A DNA stretch of 63,147 nucleotides, filler included, from Choristocarpus tenellus KU-1152 (lineage: Eukaryota; Protista; Phaeophyceae), in the NCBI GenBank assembly GCA_964200185.2. It is 10 parts of 10 records of this genome, joined end to end, with 100 filler letters (N's around TTAATTAATTAA, not from the genome) between each part and the next. Parts side by side here need not be neighbours in the genome. Positions count along the whole stretch, not along the records: positions 39,687 to 55,141 come from CAXNAD020000997.1; positions 55,242 to 63,147 come from CAXNAD020005418.1; 8 more parts are not named here. One strand, written 5' to 3'. Below, piece by piece: positions 53,315-63,147 of this stretch; the stretch's first letter is position 1; each line of letters starts with the position of its first letter. Under the pieces are notes generated by a model. The model had not been told where the DNA came from. It searched no databases and saw nothing but the letters and a program-made list of their open reading frames with translations. A program made the translations under genes and the position numbers.

Positions 53315-54224
53315 TTTGAGGGATTCAAATCAATGTATTCGTGGCATGAAACTGCATCTACATGTTTCGAAGATAGCGGAGCGGTACATGTAAAAAAAAT
53401 AGTTGTACTTATTTCATTGATGGGGTAGTGGTACCACATAATTTTGAACTCTTTTCATAGATTGTTGGGTAGTGGTATGACAATTTTTTGTGCACGTTTC
53501 ACAGAGGGCGAAGTGTACTGTCAATTATTTTTACAATTTTTAGCACGGGAGTGGTGGTATTGGTCCGTGAAATGTGAGGATTTATCACCGATATACGAGT
53601 GTACGTTTTCAAATTATAATGGCGACCCCAACAGGTATTTGAACTTGGGGACTTGACGAACAAAAGATGTTGTGACACCCACTTCACTACTTGGGGCTTC
53701 CACAATGAGATTGTCTGCGAAGGGAGGTGATATTATTTATACCATCATGGAACAAGAAGGGGACCAAGAACTGGCTGTATGTAATTACAGCAGTATGGAT
53801 AGTATCCTAAGATTTGTACACAATTGTTCTTCGCTACTAAAATCGCAAACAAAGACGTTTGTGCTCGATCGTTCTTTCCATTTAATAAATCGCAGCGTAA
53901 GATTTGCATACAAAGATTACGCAGGGACAGATCAACAGTGCGTGGTTTGTCTTCTCTCCTTGCACAGGGACAAATCATTTCCATAAATTTGGACAAAATG
54001 GTGAGAGAATGATATATCCGCAAGTCAAGTCATGTGTACATGCTCTAGTCAAAAAAAGGCTTTATTGATGAATCGGGGTTTGCACACAGTTCCTCAACAT
54101 TGAGGTGTACTCGGTGCATGGTTTGTATTACACGAGCTCTCCGGGTAGAAACGATTTTGTGCATCTGCATCTTCTGCCACTCCTTCAACATCCCTCGTGT
54201 CGATATGTTTGTACACACATACGC

Positions 54225-54230
54225 ACACGC

Positions 54231-54293
<63 letters not shown>
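54225..54293. repeat. (CA)n microsatellite
   Basis: Seen directly. Confidence 0.95.
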
Positions 54294-55084
54294 TCTTCCC
54301 AATGGTTTTGTGAAGCAGGAAATACTTCAGGAGCGATCTGTCTGATGTGTGTGTGTGTGTTTTGTTTTGCATTCAGAGTCGAAGGCCGATACAAAAAAGA
54401 AAATCGAAGAACGTTTTTTGTACAACGATATTATTATTATTTTGTACCGCGTTCCCCCCCCCCTATGCTGAACATGAATGCATTGCAGGGAGAGCGAAAT
54501 AATGTTGCAAAATCGCTAGTTGTGTCGGTAAAGGGTATATCCTTACATTTTACAAAACTTTTGACACCCTTTTGTTGTGCTGCAATGCAATCAATTTATT
54601 TTTTTGTAGATCTCCTCCTGTTGTCAATTTCTCCATTTTTTTTTTAATTCCAACTTGAAGGGGTGCTTTCCACGCCATGGTGTTGAGCAAGCGTGCCGAT
54701 GCTCAACAGGAGCGGCTCACCTTTGATTGAGCATATTTCTGTACCCGACCTTCTGGGCGTTGCTCATGGATTGATTTGGTTTTCGGATGGGTGCTAGATC
54801 GTGCAGAAAATACTACCCTGAAAGCACATTCATGCCGGACAGAGGACCTGAGCCTTGTCTGGGAACTGGCTCTAACATGATTTGTGTGCCACTTTTTTTC
54901 AAGATTATGCAGGTGTTTTCCTAGGCGGCCTGTTTCCTCTTGAAAGTCCTACCTAATCTCCACCCAGCTCTTGCTCGACTTCACCGTGAGATTAAATCAC
55001 AGGGTGCAGCTCAAACACAGATGGATTGTGAGTCAGCATCAAAATCCATGTGTGACATTGTCGCCCTTCACTTCCCCTTCCCCC

Positions 55085-55130
<46 letters not shown>

Positions 55131-55319
55131 ACCCCCCCCCCNNNNNNNNNNNNNNNNNNNNNNNNNNNNNNNNNNNNNNNNNNNNTTAATTAATTAANNN
55201 NNNNNNNNNNNNNNNNNNNNNNNNNNNNNNNNNNNNNNNNNCCCATGAGCGTGCAGCAAAGTTGCTGACAAAGCCCACACTAGACGTGAAAGTACAGAAT
55301 GCACAAAATCAGAAGTAAG

Positions 55320-56963
55320 ACTCTTACGCAAAGACTTAGTCAAGCTGCTGTTTTTCACGTGTCTCATTTTTTTTTTTCCCATAGAGACCACCCTTGTGAT
55401 GTGTGCGAGTGATGATTCTAGTAGGGTGTTAGCGGATGAACTCCCTCCAGAACCCAAGACTGGAAGAGCAGCACGTAGCTCTCCCGAATCTGATTTATGG
55501 GATCAATCTAGAGCAGAAGAGATATCTGGTTTGTTGTTAAATAATGTTTGGGTAGAGGCCGCATTACCCCTGGGTGTAGGGCAATAGACACTAAATGGAT
55601 GCACAAACGCAAGACTAACAGATGTGGCGAGGTAGTTACATAAAAGGGACGGTTGGTAGCAAAAGGTTTTCGGCAGATTGAAGGTTTAGATTATCAAGAA
55701 TCTTTTGCTCCAACACCGTCGCCTGCGTCTTTGAAAATGGTTTTAGCATTAGCTGGAGACAAGGGCTGGGAACTAAAACGTTGGGATGGAAAGCAAGCTT
55801 TTATCCAGGCAAATATATGTGACGAGATTTTTGTTTGTTTATGTGATGGATGTGGTATATGGTCCGGAAAGATTTGCGTTTAGTGAAAGCCCTTCATGGC
55901 ACTAAACAGACTAGCAGGGACTTAAATAATCTGCTGGTGCATGTTTTGGAACAGTGTGGTTTTGAGCAATGCGGAGTAGATTCCTGTGTGTTGCGCTATG
56001 TTTGAGATGGCGTTGTTTTTGCTGTGATAGCCCCCACGTTGATGCTCTCCTGGTAGCTGGCAAAAATTATGATGTTTGACTTGGGTTAGCTGCAGGATTA
56101 AAGAATATTTTTCCATTAAAAAATTTGGTGACCTCGAGTATTATATGGGTTCTGAGATTTCACGTGACACAATTGCAACGACTGTCACCATTAGTCAGAA
56201 TAGGTAAATTAAGAGTATTTGTCAAAGATTTGGTATGGATGGGGCAAAAAAGAGAACGGTGCTCCATGATCTCTCAAGGACCTTGGGGAAGAGTGATGAT
56301 CGTCCAAGTGGGTCAAAGTATCTGGGGATGGGAGGTGGTTTGTGAGCGGGTGTCCGTTTCGGTCAAAGAACTCTTTCTGTTGCTGGAATGTCAGCACCGA
56401 CACGTGCGACCAAATCACACACCAAAAAAGTGAAAATCAAAAAAAGGGTGAAAAACGGACGACGACACCCCCCCCCCAGATGCTTTGACCGAAGTGTTAA
56501 TGAAAATATACCGTACAGAGAGGCAGTTAATAGTCTGATGTGGACATCTGTTATGACTAGGCTTGACATTGCAAATGCAGTTCGTGAGGTTGCCAAGTAT
56601 AGGAGTAACCCCAAAATCACACATTGGCGTATAGTTACGTGTATTTTATCATATTTGCATATACGTGTTCCAGTGTTGGATTGAGTTTTGGTGATTTTGA
56701 TATACTGAGTGTGAGTTGAATGAATATGCTGATACTAGTGATGCTGGAGACTGGAATGATCGTAGATCAGTGACTGGAGGAGTCATAATGTTTGCACAGG
56801 AGGAATGATATTTTGGATGTCAAAGGTACAAAGAGTTGTAGCTCTGTCTTCCACGCAGAGTGAGTATATAGCCCTTAGCAATGTGGCACAGGAATTGCTT
56901 TTCTTGAGAAATGTTTTTGAGTTTATTCAGATGCAACGTGTTGCATCATCAACAATTGCGAGG
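55320..56963 (+). mobile_element. Degenerate Ty1/Copia RT-RNase H, same family as 4400-5830
   Basis: LADELPPEPKT, LVAKGFRQIEGLDYQESFAPT, PYREAVNSLMW..MTRLDIANAVREVAK, DRRSVTGG, LSSTQSEYIAL. Confidence 0.92.
56310..56491. mobile_element. MITE variant with family A-type TIRs inserted in Copia RT
   Basis: GGGTCAAAGTATCTGGGG...CCCCCCAGATGCTTTGACC, TSD AAGT. The paralogous Copia copy near 4830 shows the empty site. Confidence 0.85.
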
Positions 56964-57080
56964 AGGTATTAGGCCCCACGGACAGATCGAACTTTCTTGG
57001 TGGGGCCGAGTGCGCCCTCGTAATTGTTGATTATGCAACACGTTTCATCAGAACAAACTCAAAAACACTTCTCAAGAAAA

Positions 57081-57263
57081 GGCTCAAAGTATTTGGGAGG
57101 GGGGGTGACGGCTGTCCATTTGGGGCTATTTTTTCCATGTCACGATTTTTGGGTGATTTGGTTGCATACATTGGACGGATAATGTAGGTGCACTTTTCCT
57201 TGTTATATCCCAAATGGACACCCCCTGGTGTAGACCTCCTCTCCCCCCCGGATACTTTGGGTC
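57081..57263. mobile_element. MITE family A, complete copy
   Basis: TIRs as in 24004-24180; TSD AAAA. Confidence 0.88.
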
Positions 57264-58249
57264 AAAAGTAATTGTATGCTGGTAGAACATGTAAATTTTC
57301 ATTTTTGGGTCCACTATATTTGTTACACTCCGACAAAAGTATGGCATATGAAAACAGAAGTGTTGCAGCCCGTCTCTGGTTACAAGATAACAAAACCATA
57401 CCGTATCCACCTTCCAGGAAATTCGAGATAGAGAGGGTACATAAAGTTACATGAAACCAGGTTTTTCTTTCTGTTTGGAAAACAAGCTCGTTTACCTATT
57501 GATATTATCCTGATCCAGGAATGTTGCTACTTGAGTGTACTCAGGAAACCAAAAACAAGATATAGTTTGCATTTGAGTTGACACGCCAAATCCTCTGTGA
57601 ACACGTTGAGAATCAGCAACTTGCCGAGCAACCGTGAGTGCTCACGGTCCGAACCCAAGCTCTACTTCACCCTTGGAGAGGTCGTATTAGCTATTTTCCA
57701 AGGTATCACCCATCTTGTATAGATGAATATATATTACCAAGAAACTCACATATACTTTCCGTTTATTTGAGTAGGATGAAACGTTATTTACCACAAGTCT
57801 AACCAAATGCTATTTGTCACCTTCGTCTTTGTGGCTATAGACCCTCTCATGACATTTACAAAAGGTAACAAATCACGCAACTCCGCGAAATGATAACAGC
57901 CTAACGTGCGGCCACTGGATTAGATAAGTAGTAGTAAAACTATTGTCTCACTTCATAGACTTGTCCTGAGAATTCATATTCGACTGGTATCATACACCTT
58001 TGCATAGTTTGTTGCCGTGAAATTATAGCAACCTATCGTTCAACCAAAGATACTGTTAATTGTATGGTGCAGATCCCTTCCAATGTCTTCCTTGGCACAG
58101 GTCTCACTACACCACGGGTTTCTCATTTTTTTAGGCAATGGTTTACATGTCATATTCATATACAGGTACAGTGTAGAGTATTGTAATAAAATGAGATAAC
58201 TGGCACAGATCTCACTCAACCCTGTTCACGACCAGGTTTGACTAGACAT

Positions 58250-58700
58250 CTCATGGTTATACAGCCGATCAATTCTTTGCGAATAGACTCAACATGGTGG
58301 TTGTCTAGATAAATCGAGAATGTAATGTATTTTATCTCTCAAGTCTCCTCAATTTGCATGAGTGGTGTGCTAGAGGTGGCTGTTACATCACGCATCCTTT
58401 TCAATTTAATATATTTTTTTCCCTTCAACATGATGTAATGACCATACAGTCACCTCATATCATATTGATTGTTGAGATCACCAACAATAGCGTTTATTGT
58501 AGTGTCCACTTGGAATATTCTTGTTGCCGTGAGCAATATTTCCAGTTGTGTCAGAACATGAGGGAGGAGAATTGTGCACAAATTGTTGCTGGTTGTTTTC
58601 ATCTCGTTTGCTTTAGCGTTGATTTTAATAACGTACAAGCACTTGTGATTTAACACATCTGAGTGATGGTTGTAGTCGTCATTTAATGTCGATTAAGCAT
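58250..58700 (-). mobile_element. Possible Mutator-like transposase relic
   Basis: LEILLTATRIFQVDTTINAIVGDLN resembles the first catalytic Asp region of MULE-related transposases from memory. Degenerate. Confidence 0.3.
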
Positions 58701-59035
58701 CATTGAGACAAACAAAGCACCAGTCAAACAGTTTTGACATCGTAAAGCATTTAGTGCCTCCTTCTCCATTCATGGATACCATTTGTTTGTACAAGATACC
58801 GCAGACCTATATGCTGGCCCCATATGCCTTTCGGCTCCTATTTCGGCTCGCTGATATGCTGGATTCCATACACGTGGACCTTGTAAAGATCGATTGGTAT
58901 GCTAACCACACACCATCAGGAACCTTAGGGTAGTGATATCCTGATCAGATATGAATGAATGTCACGTTCGTGTATCGCATTTTGTATCAGTGAAGTTGTG
59001 TTGTATAACACAATAGTATGCCAACACTCGCATCT

Positions 59036-59293
59036 GAGCCTAAGTATCTTAGAGGGTAGAGACGCGTCCATTTGGGGGGCAAAATCCAACGTTACAATTT
59101 CGATGTAATTTTGGCTATCGTGTTTGTTAGGAAGCGTCAATATCCTTGTTCCGGACACACCTTTTCATAACGTATGCATTTTACCTACTCCGAAATTATT
59201 TGGAGTGGGAAAATGCAAAAAAAACAACGAGGGAAGCCAAGCCCCAAATGGACAAACAGGGCAAAACTCGTACCCTCTAAGATACTTTCACTC
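59036..59293. mobile_element. MITE family B, complete copy
   Basis: GAG...CTC termini, TIR core AAGTATCTTAGAGGGTA, TSD ATCT. Confidence 0.88.
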
Positions 59294-59989
59294 ATCTGTT
59301 TACCAGAGCATACCTTTTTGGTTGGCTCCGAATAATGCCTACATGACTTTAGAATCCCATCAGAAAGTGGGGTGATGTGGAAAGCAGGGTTATTTTTTGT
59401 CATGCCGCTGCTGTTTCACACCATATATCGTTATACCGTTTGAGGCTCCATGTCAGGAATCCTAAATTCTAGAGAACGTCATTCCGTCAGACAGAGTCCA
59501 TGAAATCTATTTCAAGAATCGGTCCCAGAGGTGAACTATCTTAATTCCAAGATGTTAGGATTCCCTTTGATGCCACATCCTGTCACTCAGATGATCCACT
59601 CCCCTCAGTTCTTCACTTTTCACTCTCCTCAGATGTCATGTCCAACCTTACCTCGTCCTCGCAGTCACCATTCGTTTTGATCCGTCTGGTTCGTCTTGTC
59701 CAGTGATTCTCTTCACCACCCTTGACTGAGTGAGCCACGTTACCATAGAATCACGCAATTCACGTACACTTCGATTAAAATATATGTGTTGACTTGATAT
59801 TTGTGTGCAAGGACTGAACTACATGGAGTGAATGGAGTGATATTTCATACTTGTACCCAAAGTTTTACCCCAGTATATTATGATACGTAGTCTTCGACCA
59901 TGACTTTAGCCCAGCACAGGAACCAATGTAGACAAGGGGCCAACAATTGGGCCTCCACCCAACCTCCTCAGGCCAGCTAGGCGGATACC

Positions 59990-60720
59990 TTCACCAGAAT
60001 TTTGCCTCACAGTGAACCGTTCTGCTGCCCAGTGAACGGATGTAAGAGGAAAGGGGGACACTGGCCATGCTTACACGTGCCCCCAGAGGTGGCGGTCAAG
60101 CACCGCAGTCACCTATATGGCCTGGCAACTGGGCAATATTTGCAGGCAGATGGGTCCCTCCTGCACCTTCGAGGACGGGATCCCCTTAACGATGAGTTGC
60201 AACTTCCATATGGATGCGGTTTTTCATGCAAGGACCCTCTCAAATGTAGCTACAGCCCCCTCATAGGGAAGAGGGATCACTCCTGGGTACGGCCTTTGCT
60301 GTGAGGTTCAAGCGGACTATCACCTTTCAAATTCTTCAACCAACAACATTATCGCTGTAGCTGCAGCTGAGGCCTGAAAGGGTCATTACTACGAGGGATC
60401 TTTTGACCCTCATCATTTGAACCTCAACACCTTCACGGTAGAAGGTTTCAGGTGCCTTGACACACAAGTATAACAGTTTCTATATGAGCTTATCGACTCA
60501 TATTGTAGGTGGTAGGGGTGTGGGGGGTGTTAATAGGGGAGGAGACTTGAAGATATTCCTACGATACATTGTTTCTGTTACTGCTCAACTGGCAATATAT
60601 CCAGATGAGTGTTATTTTTTCAAACTAGAGATTCTAGGTCGACTAGATAGGAGTGGTTTGACGGATTCGTGGGGTTATTCCCTTACTTCTCGTCCACCTT
60701 GATAGAGTCAGTCTAGGAGT
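59990..60720 (+). mobile_element. Degenerate RLE-type non-LTR fragment (zinc knuckle and RLE)
   Basis: CPVNGC...H knuckle remnant. TTTGACCCTCATCATTTGAACCTCAACACCTTCACGGTAGAAG and IVSVTAQLAI match the 49280 element. Confidence 0.6.
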
Positions 60721-61524
60721 AAATTTTTGTTGCCTTCTTGTGTCTATTGTTTTAAATACACTGCAACTCTGGTTGGTGTTTATAATATATTCATACTAGT
60801 ATTATCTCATGTTGTGTTTATTGCCATTTTGCATAGTATTCGCTCTTCTCTCGGCTATATTGTCCTATCGAGTGTTACTGCCTTCTTTCCTTTGTGTCTC
60901 TTGCTTTTTCTACTACATTACAGTCCCTGCACCAAGCAAGAAGGATGCGTAAGAATATACTGCTTAACACCTACACTAGTATTATTATGACTTCTGATAT
61001 TTCGCTGATGTGTGAGTGGAGGGAAAATACCAAAATCCAGACTACAATTATTTTTTTTACAGCAAGGGTGGCTACTTTCAAAATACTTCTTGCTCTGTTA
61101 AAGAAACTGAACTGTAAACAAGGCTCCATGCAAGATTCTTCCCTACCAAGCAATGTTCATATGGCTCCAGCCTAGCCCTATGAAGCTGCGCGAGGGCGAG
61201 GAGGGAGGGAAGGATCCGACAAGTCTGTAACGTCCTTGCGTGCCCTTTAACCATGTGTCTGTGAATCATTTTTCAGCTTGGTATTCAAACAAACAAGGGC
61301 CTGCAGGAAATGTGCTGATTGAAAAATGTATTGGATTAACGAGTGTACAATCAATACGAACTTTCAACCTTGAAGACAGTTCAAGCTTTGGATCTGTGTG
61401 AAAACTAGAGTTATGTTGATGTCCTTTACGAGTATGAGAAAGGATGGAATCCATAACCCCCTGCTAATTCCATCTATGCAATTTAAGAAAAAAAGCAATT
61501 TTCTAGATCGACATTTATACGTAC

Positions 61525-61770
61525 GAGTTAATGTATCTTAGAGGGTACGAGTTTTGCCCTGCTTGTCTATTTGAGGGTTGGTCTTCCAATGTTTTTTTAA
61601 AGACATTTTATGTACTCCGAAATGTTTCAGAGTAGGCGAAATATATCCGTTATGAAAAAGATTGTCCGGAACAAGGATATTGACATGATAGCCAAAATTT
61701 TATCAAAATCGCAACATTGGGTTTTGGTCCCCAAACGGACCCGGCTCTACCCTCTAAGATACATTGACTC
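61525..61770. mobile_element. MITE family B, diverged copy
   Basis: GAG..TGTATCTTAGAGGGTA...TACCCTCTAAGATACATTGACTC; TSD imperfect. Confidence 0.8.
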
Positions 61771-63026
61771 TACCAATGTTAACCTTTGCTGCTATAACGT
61801 AGTCCTGTTTGAGTTTATTCAAAAGGCTGAGATGTTAGGTTGTGAACGACTAGTTTGGAAAATTCACCCGTTCAGCTGTCATTAGCAATCGAAAGTTAAA
61901 GGAACAAAAGAAACAACAGATAAACAAGGCTCGGTATCTGCTCCCTCAACATTCTACTTACCTTGGAGGCTACACTTTACACTCCTTTATCAAGTGCTGA
62001 AAACAGTCTATGTTTGGTTGATCATCAATGCTGCCAAGATATTTTCGAACGAACAAGGAAGTTGTGTTCTTTACTCGCTTGTGGCAACAAGATGTACTGC
62101 TGATCATCCAGCTTTCAAACTTGCCTGAAGACAGTACCCGAGAGTAGCACGTGAGGATAGTATGGTGGAACTTCGGTTGCAATATCTAAGATGGGAGATG
62201 GAGAGATTGGGATGAAGGACACTGACTGACTGTGCTGGATAAATATGCTCTGCTATGAGAGTGCAGACTGCTCACCAAGTCAATTTCGTGGAAAGTAATC
62301 CCAACTCACGTGCATTACCTCTTCGAGAAGCAAATGGCATGCTTTCAACACCATATTATTAGTTACACTTGGAAAAGCACAGATCCTCTTTTCCTAAGTG
62401 GAGCTATGAACGAGGCTGGATATGGGGTGCAAATATAGGCCATTCCCCCCACATATTCCCAAGCCCATCTATACTGTGCCGTCTTCCACTCGCCCTGCTC
62501 TTGAGGACCACTGACAAGACACCTATACCAGCATATCTTCTACGGGGACATTACTTGTGGCCTTAAACTGTCAAACAAATGGATACTCTGATCGACACGT
62601 TTAAGATCCTGTTCTTTATCCCATACCTCCTTTACATGAAAGGTTGTATTACACTATCCTACTCACCACTGTTTACGTTTCGTTTTACCTTTGCAGGCAA
62701 AATTGATGTCCCCCCATTCTACACACAGCGTGATGTCAAAATTCAGCAAAGGTTCTTCATTCTGTAATTGTACAAAATATATTCTTTTTGCTAATTCTCA
62801 GGATCCTTGAAATGCAACCCTTCCTATTTCTCTATTGGTTTGGCTCTAGGTTGTTGGGGACATAAAGCACAGGGTAAGAAAGATCGCTTAGAATGTATAA
62901 AATAGTTCCAAAATACCTACCTCTCCTTTAGTTTGGATCTCACACACTTGCCGTAGAGCCGTCATCCACGAGGTGATAGGCAATCTGCAGACCGAGGAAG
63001 GCTCTCTACTGACAAAGCGAAAAAAT

Positions 63027-63147
63027 GTCTCAAAGTATCTGGGAGGGGTTGGTGACTGTCCATACGGGGGTCGATTTTTCCATGTCGTGATTTCTGGGTG
63101 ATTTGGTTGCATGCATCGTATGGAAATGGGTCAAAGTATCTGGGGGG
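63027..63147. mobile_element. MITE family A, partial, with a second TIR starting at about 63128 (possibly nested)
   Basis: Two same-orientation CAAAGTATCTGGG starts about 100 bp apart. Confidence 0.7.

Noticed and set aside
54045-54647. ORFs with poly-CV or poly-HT tracts
   Set aside because: These are translations of a (CA)n microsatellite.

Overview
Eukaryotic, intron-rich and repeat-rich genomic DNA. The DGD1 gene and gene style suggest a plastid-bearing stramenopile such as a brown alga (inference). The window joins ten contigs with artificial 100-bp spacers (N44-TTAATTAATTAA-N44), so adjacency across spacers is unproven. Four partial multi-exon genes could be reconstructed with phase-consistent splice sites: a PH + ankyrin-repeat protein (+), a Pol theta/nu-like family A DNA polymerase region (-), an EML/EMAP-like HELP-WD40 protein with an unusual SH3-WW-IQ-IQ N-terminus (-), and the 5' half of a digalactosyldiacylglycerol synthase (+). 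The rest is mostly decayed mobile DNA: Ty1/Copia remnants (including a solo LTR with a 5-bp TSD), RLE-type non-LTR fragments, probable DNA-transposase relics, and MITEs that share an AAAGTATCT terminal core and make 4-bp TSDs. No clearly new multi-gene system was found. The best leads are the EML domain architecture, the MITE system and a Copia-derived fold-back hairpin. All assignments come from manual motif recognition, with no database searches.
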